This document shows, piece after piece, positions 9,734-17,789 of a DNA stretch of 64,000 nucleotides. Numbering within the stretch: the stretch's first letter is position 1; each line of letters opens with the position of its first letter. Under the pieces are notes generated by a model. The model made no database searches. It was not told where the DNA came from and worked only from the letters and a program-made list of their open reading frames with translations. The position numbers were made by a program, and so were the translations under genes. Origin of the DNA: Minisyncoccota bacterium (GTDB lineage: Bacteria; Patescibacteriota; Minisyncoccia; Phycocordibacterales; UBA2100); NCBI GenBank assembly GCA_043780835.1, contig JAYWCB010000002.1:27466-91465 (forward strand). Reading direction: 5' to 3'.

Positions 9734-9928
9734 ATGAAAACGAACAAGTCATTCACCAAGCGCCTGCGCGTAACCCGCAAGGGTAAAATCATTGCCCGCG
9801 CTCCGGGTAACAACCATTTCAATGCAAAGCGCTCAAGCAATATCCGCCTCCAGAAAGGACGCCCCGTGGATATGAAAATGACCAATGTGCTTCGCTCGCG
9901 CTTCCTCCCAAACACCCCCAACACATAA
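9734..9928 (+). CDS. rpmI: 50S ribosomal protein L35
   Basis: MKTNKSFTKRLRVTRKGKI..R...NHFNAKRS. Confidence 0.9.
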   Translation: MKTNKSFTKRLRVTRKGKIIARAPGNNHFNAKRSSNIRLQKGRPVDMKMTNVLRSRFLPNTPNT

Positions 9929-9931
9929 TAT

Positions 9932-10282
9932 ATGGCACGCGTAAAACGAGGAGTAACGGCCAATAAGCGCCGAAAAAACACCCTTAAGATGGTCAAAGGC
10001 TATCGCTTCGGACGCTCCACCAAGGAGCGCATGGCGAAAGACGCCATCTTCCACGCGGGAACACACGCATTCCGCGACCGAAAGACAAAGAAGCGATTGG
10101 CTCGTAACCTTTTCACACTTCGCATTAATGCCGCAGCTCGAGAAGCTGGTTGGTCGTACTCAAAGTTTATCGGTGCTCTCAAAGCTGCCGGTATCACGAT
10201 CGATCGCAAGGCACTCGCGGGACTTGCCAAGGATCACCCGGAAGCATTCACCCGCTTCGCAGCCACTCTCAAGAAAGACTAA
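9932..10282 (+). CDS. rplT: 50S ribosomal protein L20
   Basis: MARVKRGVTANKRRKNTLKMVKGYRFGRS...FIGALKAAGI. Confidence 0.9.
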   Translation: MARVKRGVTANKRRKNTLKMVKGYRFGRSTKERMAKDAIFHAGTHAFRDRKTKKRLARNLFTLRINAAAREAGWSYSKFIGALKAAGITIDRKALAGLAKDHPEAFTRFAATLKKD

Positions 10283-10287
10283 ACAAA

Positions 10288-10320
10288 AAGCCTCGGGAAA
10301 CCGGGGCTTTTTAGTTTTTG
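10288..10320 (+). terminator. Rho-independent terminator after rplT (cctcggg-aaa-ccggggc, then tttttagttttt)
   Basis: Hairpin with one GU wobble followed by T-tract. Confidence 0.5.
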
Positions 10321-10886
10321 GCTATCTGCCGCTCGAGTAGCCTCAGTCCCTGCAGAATAGAGCGGGCGTCGGAGAGCCCATTGTGAGCACTACCCTGCGG
10401 CTCTACCCCGAAGGCCTTTGTGATGGTGCCCGAGGTGTAAGGAGTCGTGTCGATGCCATGAGAATCGAACAGCTCGCGAACATTGTGAAAGCTTCCCTCA
10501 TAGTCATGTGATATACCGCACAGTCGGCAGTTCTCTTCGATTACAAGGTTGTCGCGACCGAATGCGTACGCGGGGCGCGCACCACACCATGTTTTGAATG
10601 TGTTCCACGCATCGGCAAAATCAACCCCATCGCGATCAACAGTATCCTGTGCGATCTTCGTGAGCTCAATAAAATAATCCGAGAGCGTCGGATTGATACG
10701 AGGGCGCACATACAGATCGAGCGAATCCGTCTCTATAAATCCGGCGGTCTCTACGATAATCGCTCCTATCTCCACGATTTCCCGGTGTTCGTGCGCTCCG
10801 GTCCATTTACGCTCCTGTGAACCCTCCCAGGCAGAGTATTCGGTGTCATACAAAACTATGACGGGTGGCAGATCGAGCTTCATCAA
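10311..10886 (-). CDS. DEDDh-type 3'-5' exonuclease (DnaQ/ExoX/KapD-like)
   Basis: VIVLYDTEYSAW...EIVEIGAIIVE Exo I motif. HNGLSDARS Exo III-like motif. Confidence 0.5.
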   Translation of the reverse strand: MMKLDLPPVIVLYDTEYSAWEGSQERKWTGAHEHREIVEIGAIIVETAGFIETDSLDLYVRPRINPTLSDYFIELTKIAQDTVDRDGVDFADAWNTFKTWCGARPAYAFGRDNLVIEENCRLCGISHDYEGSFHNVRELFDSHGIDTTPYTSGTITKAFGVEPQGSAHNGLSDARSILQGLRLLERQIAKN

Positions 10887-10910
10887 AACAGTGTACTCGA
10901 AATACCGCAG

Positions 10911-12539
10911 CTACATTCCGTTCAGTTCCCGCAGTATTTGCTCCAGAGTTTGCTTAATTTGATCCAGCGCACCTCCGACGGCTGCCGAGTTACCCAGCGG
11001 ATCCCATGCACTGCCCTTCGGTGAACTTGGATCGATGGGTGCACGGACACCGGACATGGTAAACGTTTCGGATTGTACGCGCTCGCTAGCTCCGCCGGCG
11101 TTACGCGACAAAGTTGCTGTATATGTGCCTGCCTTATACCCGTACACAGTGCCCATCGTATAGTTGCTTGCGCAACGATCGGCCGGAACCTTTATAGTCA
11201 TCGACTTGCCGTCCCCGTACGTAAATGTGTATGGGGTTTTTGAGCAATCCTTATCGGTATTGACCCTGAAGTCGAAGTACATAGTCGCGCCGTCCTGCTT
11301 AACTGCTTTAAATCCGTCTTTGTATACTGGCGTGACGACCGGCGCCTTTATTTCATCGGGTCCGCCGCCGTACATCTTTATCGAAAAAGCACCGATCTCC
11401 GCACCTACGGCTTTCATGTATGAGATCTCGCCGCTGTACCCGAATTTACGCGGAGGAACATTCGCAAACGTATCCTGACCGGTCATCGTAAATTTTGTCG
11501 TGCCGTTCAATGAAACTTTAAATGACTCGCTCGGATCGCGTCTTGTAGGCCACGAGGAATCAATAAAGGAGCTGAAATACGCCACATTATTCTCAATACG
11601 ATCAAGCCGGATAATAAACCGTCCGCCCCACACATCGAATTCGTTCCCGACGCCGAGCACGATGGCCCCATCGGACTTATAGTTATCGGCTTTGTAATCG
11701 AGCAGTGCATCCGATGTTCCGTGCACGACAAACGTTTTGTCGCTTTCATCAGCCGCCACCAATACTTGAACCGGGAGCTGGATCTGCTGTGTGGTCATAT
11801 CAATACCCAACGCCTCTGCGGCTGATCGCACTGCCGGCGACGTCGTTGAGCGCTCGCTCTTAAAGATTCTCAGGCGGACTACGTTGTCGCTATCTTTGGC
11901 GTCGGCCATGTCGCGATAGAACGGGAGCGGCAGACTGCCGCCTGACAGGCTTGCACCTGCGAGAGATCCTAGTTCTGTGCCGCTTGAACTGACCACGCCG
12001 ATTTCGATGCGGTAATCCGACGGATTCGCACCCGGCGATAATCCCGTGACCGTGTACGTGATGGTCGTGGTTGATCCCTCGAAAAAATCTTCCCCACCGT
12101 TGGGAGTGAGAATATGGGCTGAAATACCGGAGCTCGCACGCCCATCGACAAAACCCCCGCCCCCCTCCAATGAAAGTGCACGGACAAGCTTGCATTGATA
12201 CAAGTGCAAACGAGTCTCTAAGCCGGTGACTCCGAATTCTTTGGAGGTTGTCTTAAAGCCCTTCGACACCTGAAATGCTTTTAACGCCGTCGAAGTCTTT
12301 GCGCCAAAGTAGCCTGTTGCGGCGTCCTGAGGAAGAAGTGCCTGACTGATCAAATATTTCTGCAATGCGGATACCTCGGCACCTTGCGATCCGATTTTCA
12401 GCGTTTTTGTTACGGTCGGACATGCCACTTGAGTTGACCGCGTCGACGGAGCTCGCAAAGCGAGTGCCGAGCCCGGCAGGACCGCCACGATCAGTAACAG
12501 TGCCGCGATCGTCCGCATGTCGGCCTTATTCATGAACAA
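10911..12539 (-). CDS. Large secreted protein with N-terminal peptidoglycan-binding-like domain
   Basis: Signal peptide MRTIAALLLIVAVLPGSALA. LKIGSQGAEVSALQKYLISQALL....TGYFGAKTSTALKAFQ. Confidence 0.45.
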   Translation of the reverse strand: MFMNKADMRTIAALLLIVAVLPGSALALRAPSTRSTQVACPTVTKTLKIGSQGAEVSALQKYLISQALLPQDAATGYFGAKTSTALKAFQVSKGFKTTSKEFGVTGLETRLHLYQCKLVRALSLEGGGGFVDGRASSGISAHILTPNGGEDFFEGSTTTITYTVTGLSPGANPSDYRIEIGVVSSSGTELGSLAGASLSGGSLPLPFYRDMADAKDSDNVVRLRIFKSERSTTSPAVRSAAEALGIDMTTQQIQLPVQVLVAADESDKTFVVHGTSDALLDYKADNYKSDGAIVLGVGNEFDVWGGRFIIRLDRIENNVAYFSSFIDSSWPTRRDPSESFKVSLNGTTKFTMTGQDTFANVPPRKFGYSGEISYMKAVGAEIGAFSIKMYGGGPDEIKAPVVTPVYKDGFKAVKQDGATMYFDFRVNTDKDCSKTPYTFTYGDGKSMTIKVPADRCASNYTMGTVYGYKAGTYTATLSRNAGGASERVQSETFTMSGVRAPIDPSSPKGSAWDPLGNSAAVGGALDQIKQTLEQILRELNGM

Positions 12540-12552
12540 AGTATAGCAAGGT

Positions 12553-13239
12553 CTATAGGATCACGTCCGCGTTCTTGCCGGTGGCGGACCATCCGTCGTG
12601 GTTGTTGAACACCAAGTTCGTTCCCTCTTTCATCCGCATCACCTTCTCGATCAATGCTTCCACAAGCGCTTTTGGATCAGAATCAAACACAATATTGGTA
12701 TTCGGGCGGTGCGCGGCATCAATAATCAATTCGAGCAATTCATCGGTGTCAGATGAGGAGCGCAGCACACCAATCGGCCTGTGGTCTTCGAATGCAACTG
12801 CAAATTCATTGATGGTACCAATGCGGCCCGGGCCGATGATCATCGCATCCGACGAACGCACGAAAAGCAGATCGCGGCCGGAATAGCCGAATCCGGTATA
12901 CATAACCACATCCATAAAATCGAGCGGAAGCTGGTAGGTGTCCACATGTTCGCGTTCCGTTGCGGCTGGAGAAAATCCAATTGAAAAACCGCACTCGTCC
13001 TTGGCACCCATCGCGGCGTAAAGCGGAAAGCCGGTGGTAGCACCCGTGGTAATGATTGCACCGTGTCGCGCGATCTCGCGTCCGATTTCTTTTGCTTTCT
13101 CAAAGGCATCGAGTCCCGCGTATGTGGTATCCGCTGCACCGGATACACCGATTTTTACAACACCGTATCCGTCGGGCAATCGACAAAAGTTCTGAGGAAC
13201 CGCCGAATGATTCGGATGAATGAGACGTTTATTCATCAT
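12553..13239 (-). CDS. TIGR00725/LOG-like (SLOG) Rossmann-fold protein
   Basis: VKIGVSGAADT...GAIITTGATTGFPLYAAMGAK...MIIGPGRIGTINEF pattern typical of the TIGR00725 family. Confidence 0.55.
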   Translation of the reverse strand: MMNKRLIHPNHSAVPQNFCRLPDGYGVVKIGVSGAADTTYAGLDAFEKAKEIGREIARHGAIITTGATTGFPLYAAMGAKDECGFSIGFSPAATEREHVDTYQLPLDFMDVVMYTGFGYSGRDLLFVRSSDAMIIGPGRIGTINEFAVAFEDHRPIGVLRSSSDTDELLELIIDAAHRPNTNIVFDSDPKALVEALIEKVMRMKEGTNLVFNNHDGWSATGKNADVIL

Positions 13240-13281
13240 CGTGCAATAAGTATAGCACCAGTAAATACGAAATCTGTATAG

Positions 13282-14640
13282 TTAGAACTCGATTTCTTGG
13301 GATTCTGCTTTTTTTGGTACGACGGCCCCGATTCCTAAGAAATCGTTGATGCGCTGCGCCAGAAACAGTGATGCCTTCGTCTCCCCCATTGTCACAAACA
13401 CGCGCTCGAGTGATGCGCCGGCGTTCTCGACGAATTGCATGAGCTGATCGCGATCTGCATGCCCGGAGTATCCGGTGAGGCTCGCAATCTGCGCTTGCAC
13501 CCTAATGGATTCCCCATCGATGTTTACTTTTGGCGCACCGTCCTGCAGACGGCGACCGAGTGTGCCTGGTGCTTGGTACCCGACAAAGAGTACGGTTGCA
13601 TTTTTGTCGCCCAAATAATGCTGCTCATGAGCCCGGATGCGGCCACCGGCAGACATTCCCGCGCCCGCAATAATGACTTTCGGGCTGTCGGCTTTGTGAA
13701 TTGCCATCGATTCCTGTTTGTTTTTTGTGATAGTGAGTCCGGGGAACATAAACAAATCATCTCCTGCCGCGATTTTGGCCGCTGCTTCGTCATTGAGGTA
13801 TTCCGCGTACGTGCGGAATACGGGCGTCACACGGCTTGCGAGCGGTGAATCCAGATACATTGGAATCGGGCGCATTGAGCCGTCATTGATCATGTTATTT
13901 ATTTCGTAGAGCAACACTTGAGTGCGCTCAACGGAAAACGACGGAATCAGGAGCGTGCCTTTACGTACGCGAATGTCTTCGATAAAACTCCGCAGACTCT
14001 CCTTTCGCTCGTCACGCTGTTCGTGCACGCGATCGCCGTACACGCTTTCCATTACCAGATAGTTGGCGCCCTCCGGCGATTCCGTGTCTTTTAAGAGCGG
14101 TTCCGGAGTATTTCCTAAATCGCCGGTAAAAATGATCGTGCGATTGCCGCGTGTGAATTTTACGAGCGCAGAGCCAAGAATATGTCCCGCATCCAGAAAC
14201 TCAACCGCCACATCATGTATATGGAACCGTTCGTGATACGAGTGATTTTTCCACTGCGACATCGTGTGCTCTATATCATCAGCCTCGTACAAAACAGGGA
14301 CACCGTATTTAAGCTCCTCTTCCTGCATGATATGGAGTGCATCCTGAAACATAATCTCCGCAATATCACGCGTTGCGCCGGTGGAATAAATTGCGCCACG
14401 GAATCCGGCTCTCACCAGTTTGGGAATTCGGCCGATATGATCTGCGTGTGCGTGTGTTACGACGAGCGCCTGCACGCTCTGCACGTCGTATGCAAACGGC
14501 TCATGATTTACGTCGTCAGCACTTGCGTGTTCGGCCACACTCCCGCAATCTACAAGTATCTTTGCGCTCCCGGTATCGAGAAGAAAGTTTGCTCCTGTTA
14601 CAGAGCCTGCACCGCCGTGAAAAGTGATGGTTGATTTCAT
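13282..14640 (-). CDS. Beta-CASP metallo-beta-lactamase ribonuclease (RNase J / CPSF-like)
   Basis: ITFHGGAGSVTGANFLLDTG..ILVDCG, VTHAHADHIG MBL motifs. Beta-CASP-like central region. Confidence 0.7.
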   Translation of the reverse strand: MKSTITFHGGAGSVTGANFLLDTGSAKILVDCGSVAEHASADDVNHEPFAYDVQSVQALVVTHAHADHIGRIPKLVRAGFRGAIYSTGATRDIAEIMFQDALHIMQEEELKYGVPVLYEADDIEHTMSQWKNHSYHERFHIHDVAVEFLDAGHILGSALVKFTRGNRTIIFTGDLGNTPEPLLKDTESPEGANYLVMESVYGDRVHEQRDERKESLRSFIEDIRVRKGTLLIPSFSVERTQVLLYEINNMINDGSMRPIPMYLDSPLASRVTPVFRTYAEYLNDEAAAKIAAGDDLFMFPGLTITKNKQESMAIHKADSPKVIIAGAGMSAGGRIRAHEQHYLGDKNATVLFVGYQAPGTLGRRLQDGAPKVNIDGESIRVQAQIASLTGYSGHADRDQLMQFVENAGASLERVFVTMGETKASLFLAQRINDFLGIGAVVPKKAESQEIEF

Positions 14641-15044
14641 ATATGACGTAGCATACTTCCCATTCGAACAGCTGCGTACCCACCAATTACGTCGCAGATG
14701 AGATCTTTTATGGTGTCGGCCTCATAACTCATGTATTTCGATCCCCCGGTACCGATGTGGTATTCCATGATTTCCCAGGCGATGCCAACTGCAAATACTA
14801 TCAGGACAGTACTAAGCGCGGGTTTCGGAATGAGAAACAGTGTCACTACAAATAACGCCGCGAATCCCACGGTGATCCCGCCGATAAAATGTTCGAACGA
14901 ATCCCACCATGCATATGTATCTGAATATGACCGCACGATATCAAAATAAGAAAAGATAACAGCTATGACCGCAAGCGATGCGATAGCGGCGAATAGATAG
15001 CGGCGCTCCATTGGCACGATTGTAACATTTGGAATGTTGACCAT
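14637..15044 (-). CDS. Small polytopic membrane protein, possibly VanZ-like
   Basis: Start set at MVNIPN/MERRY internal Met; the annotated longer ORF would run through a terminator hairpin. C-terminal E..DTIKDLICDVIGGYAAV resembles the VanZ-family motif. Weak. Confidence 0.35.
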   Translation of the reverse strand: MVNIPNVTIVPMERRYLFAAIASLAVIAVIFSYFDIVRSYSDTYAWWDSFEHFIGGITVGFAALFVVTLFLIPKPALSTVLIVFAVGIAWEIMEYHIGTGGSKYMSYEADTIKDLICDVIGGYAAVRMGSMLRHI

Positions 15045-15065
15045 GGCGCAACGCGCGATGAATTC

Positions 15066-15094
15066 CAAACAAAAAACTCCGCTGTGAAGCGGAG
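15066..15094 (-). terminator. Intrinsic terminator on the minus strand (ctccgcttcacagcggag plus UUUUUUGUUUG)
   Basis: Perfect 7-bp stem with loop and 6-T tract when read on the minus strand. Sits at the 3' end of a 200-nt ORF-free GC-rich segment. Confidence 0.45.
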
Positions 15095-15300
15095 CCCTTT
15101 GTTGCGGTAGATACAGTAAAGCCCGGCTCTGAAGCACAGGTGGGAGCCCGCACCGGTTTCGTTTGAAATTCGCTATCATTGGACCACGACTCTCAGCGGA
15201 AGACCGAGTATAGAAGGCCGCCCTAATCTTTACTAAGCAGGTTTTAGTACCTACCGCAAAAAAGAGTATACCCCATCTGTTTTTTTCTTGAATGAGGGGG
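15095..15300 (-). ncRNA. Candidate structured RNA / cis-regulatory leader (class unassigned) ending in the 15066-15094 terminator
   Basis: About 200 nt non-coding, GC-rich with several local stems, located between the stop of the 15301-15621 ORF and the start of the VanZ-like membrane gene. The terminator-just-before-CDS geometry fits a transcription-attenuation riboswitch or sRNA. Confidence 0.25.
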
Positions 15301-15621
15301 CTAGAGATGCTTCTTGAGTTCATAAATGGAGCTATGATACGGATGATTTATTGTGGTCTGAAGCGTATCGCCCTTCACATGGAACATCGCGTGGGGCGAT
15401 GCGCCACCCGGGTGATATTCCGTGGCGTACGCCTTGTCTCCTTTGAGCGCAAAGATCGGCTTCGATGTATCGACGATGCCGTTTTTAATGTCGTATATGT
15501 GTCCTCTATCGCGATCCATCGCCATAATAGGCTTCGCCGTATGAAATCCGCCCACATGACCATACGTTGATTGGTGTAGATATTCCATGCCGCTATTGTA
15601 CACCCGTGATGTAAGCTTCAT
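15301..15621 (-). CDS. Small His-rich hypothetical protein
   Basis: 106-aa ORF (HPGGASPHAMFHVKG...NHPYHSS). Start probably internal, because the annotated start abuts the divergent cax start with zero intergenic space. Confidence 0.25.
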   Translation of the reverse strand: MKLTSRVYNSGMEYLHQSTYGHVGGFHTAKPIMAMDRDRGHIYDIKNGIVDTSKPIFALKGDKAYATEYHPGGASPHAMFHVKGDTLQTTINHPYHSSIYELKKHL

Positions 15622-15623
15622 CC

Positions 15624-16670
15624 ATGCAAAAGATTTTCTTAGGGCTCCTTGTTTTTACGCCGATTACCCTTGTTGCCGAATATACAGGCACTTCACCGCT
15701 TATCGTGTTTTTTCTGAGCGCTATCGCGATTATTCCACTTGCAAAATTTATCGGAGACGCAACGGAGCATTTGGCGGCTCGAACGACACCCGCGCTCGGC
15801 GGGTTTCTGAATGCAACGTTTGGCAACGCAACGGAACTCATCATTGGGATACTCGCGCTTCGAGCGGGGCTCGTAGAAGTCGTACAGGCATCAATTACAG
15901 GTTCCATTATTGGCAACCTACTACTCGTCATTGGACTTTCGATGGTGGCAGGCGGATGGAAACGCGAGCGACAGACATTTAACCGAACAAGCGCCGTTGC
16001 GGCTGGCACAACGCTCCTCGTGTCAGCAATCGCCCTGATTATTCCTGCGGTATTTGTGTATTCATCGCCGGGAATGTCGAGTGCCACCGTAATGAAGCTC
16101 AGCATCTTCGTTTCTCTGATGATGATACTTTCGTACGGTGCAAGCCTCCTTTTTTCTCTGCGCACACACAAACACCTGTTTGATCAGGAAGAGATCGACA
16201 CAACGCATTCCTGGTCACTGTTGCATGGATGCGTCGTACTCACAGTCGCCACAATCGGAGTCGCATTTGTGAGTGAAGCACTGGTATCGTCTATTACTCC
16301 AGTCGTGGAAACTCTCGGATGGACGCAGCTCTTTATCGGCGTGGTATTTATCGCCATTATTGGCAATGCAGCGGAACATTTTTCTGCGGTCACGGTTGCG
16401 ATGAAAAACCGCATGGATCTCTCGCTTCAGATCGGCATGGGTTCGGCGGCGCAAATCGCACTTTTTGTGGCACCGTTCCTCGTACTCGTGAGTCTTTTTT
16501 TCCCTACACGAATGAATCTTGTATTTACACCGTTCGAAGTAGCAGCTGTTGTGCTCTCAATCTTTATCGCGAACTTTGTCGTCTCTGACGGTGAGAGCAC
16601 GTGGTTCGAAGGCGTCCAGCTGCTCGTTGCCTATACCGTTATTGGTGCGGCGTTCTTCTTCCTTCCATAA
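15624..16670 (+). CDS. Ca2+/H+ antiporter (CaCA family, ChaA/YfkE/CAX-like)
   Basis: Two alpha-repeat signature motifs GNATELIIGILA and GNAAEHFSAVTVA. About 11 TM helices. Confidence 0.8.
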   Translation: MQKIFLGLLVFTPITLVAEYTGTSPLIVFFLSAIAIIPLAKFIGDATEHLAARTTPALGGFLNATFGNATELIIGILALRAGLVEVVQASITGSIIGNLLLVIGLSMVAGGWKRERQTFNRTSAVAAGTTLLVSAIALIIPAVFVYSSPGMSSATVMKLSIFVSLMMILSYGASLLFSLRTHKHLFDQEEIDTTHSWSLLHGCVVLTVATIGVAFVSEALVSSITPVVETLGWTQLFIGVVFIAIIGNAAEHFSAVTVAMKNRMDLSLQIGMGSAAQIALFVAPFLVLVSLFFPTRMNLVFTPFEVAAVVLSIFIANFVVSDGESTWFEGVQLLVAYTVIGAAFFFLP

Positions 16671-16702
16671 CAAAAGAGCGCACTAGTGCGCTCTTTTGTT
16701 AT
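16671..16702. terminator. Bidirectional terminator (caaaagagcgcac-tag-tgcgctcttttg)
   Basis: Perfect 13-bp palindromic stem between convergent cax and ndk. Confidence 0.55.
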
Positions 16703-16712
16703 GTAGACTTTG

Positions 16713-17330
16713 TTATTCGAAGATGTTCTCGAGTTCTTTCGCGTAGATCACTGCCTCGTGGGTGACTTTGTAGTCGATTAATTCCTCTTTAGAAAACCAA
16801 TGCGGGATTTCCATATTCGCTTCCGCTACCGATCCGGATCCATGAATAAGATTACGCACTGCGCGATCGTCGTTGTCGGACATGACGTACGAATCAACAA
16901 CGAAATCTCCGCGGATTGTACCTACCTGTGCTCCACGCGGCTCGGTGCCGCCCGTGACTTTGCGCACAAGTTCTACCGCATGCGCACCTTGCCATACCAT
17001 CGCGATGACCGGGCCTGCCGTGAGGTACTTCTTGAGATTCTTGAGAATTTTTGCAGTGATTTCCAATGGGTCATCGGACGGCGGCGTGAGTCCGCGATCC
17101 TTATAGCTCTTAATCGTTTTTTCGCCGGTGACGCGGCGCCACTCCGGATCGAGCGTGTAGTGCCCTTCCACTTGTTCGGCTGTCGGGACCATGAGCTTCA
17201 TGCCCACGAGCTTTAGACCAAGGCGCTCGTAGCGTCCGAGAATCTCTGCAACCAGCGCGCGCTGAATGCCATCGGGTTTAATAATGACGAGCGTTCGCTC
17301 GTGGCTTGGATGCGATGTGGTATTTGTCAT
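16713..17330 (-). CDS. ndk: Nucleoside diphosphate kinase with about 60-aa C-terminal extension
   Basis: ERTLVIIKPDG, NLIHGSGSVAEANMEIPHWF (NDK active-site His region). Confidence 0.8.
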   Translation of the reverse strand: MTNTTSHPSHERTLVIIKPDGIQRALVAEILGRYERLGLKLVGMKLMVPTAEQVEGHYTLDPEWRRVTGEKTIKSYKDRGLTPPSDDPLEITAKILKNLKKYLTAGPVIAMVWQGAHAVELVRKVTGGTEPRGAQVGTIRGDFVVDSYVMSDNDDRAVRNLIHGSGSVAEANMEIPHWFSKEELIDYKVTHEAVIYAKELENIFE

Positions 17331-17359
17331 GGGCGGAAATATAGCACGGAGTGCATTCA

Positions 17360-17746
17360 CTAGCGAGGCAGAACAACAATCTTTTGTTCGCAGGTCTTTT
17401 GTATTCCGTTTGGGCCGAAAAACGTGAACTTATAGATGCGTGACTGCGGCGCATCCATCAGCATTGTCTGTTCACCATTTTCAGAGTAGGCATTCTGCGG
17501 ATCGGTTGAGTATTTTGCATCTGCCCCATATGAACCCCATGCAATAGTAAACGGCTCCCCTACTTTTACTGTTGACTTCGTTGCAGTCACTGCACAATTT
17601 ATTGATGTGTTAGCGAGGATTGCTTCAAGCGCAGCAATACGCGAAAGCAACTGACCGAGCGTCGGTTGAATTCCAAACGAATCCGCAGACGCGAACGCGG
17701 GAGCGAATAACGCGGTTACTATGAATGCGGCGAGGATTTTTTGCAT
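17360..17746 (-). CDS. Small secreted hypothetical protein
   Basis: Signal peptide MQKILAAFIVTALFAPAFASA, then about 100 aa. Confidence 0.35.
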   Translation of the reverse strand: MQKILAAFIVTALFAPAFASADSFGIQPTLGQLLSRIAALEAILANTSINCAVTATKSTVKVGEPFTIAWGSYGADAKYSTDPQNAYSENGEQTMLMDAPQSRIYKFTFFGPNGIQKTCEQKIVVLPR

Positions 17747-17789
17747 GGAGCCAGTATACCCAAACAGTGTGTCCTCGTCTCGGCCTGAT

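Noticed and set aside
14182-14634. 150-aa plus-strand ORF
   Set aside because: Antisense to the beta-CASP RNase gene, with no coding signature.
15095-15300. Assignment of the structured segment to SRP RNA, RNase P RNA, tmRNA or a fluoride/guanidine/Mn riboswitch
   Set aside because: None of the diagnostic consensus motifs is present by eye (GGAAG..AGCAGC helix-8 motif, GGAAAGUCCGG P4, tRNA-like CCA end / tag ORF, crcB or ykkC cores). Left unassigned.
14637-15323. Long 228-aa version of the minus-strand ORF
   Set aside because: Its N-terminal 90 codons run through a perfect intrinsic-terminator hairpin and a GC-rich non-coding-looking segment. The hydrophobic protein plausibly starts at the internal MVNIPN/MERRY Met.
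16800-17216. 138-aa plus-strand ORF
   Set aside because: Antisense to ndk.
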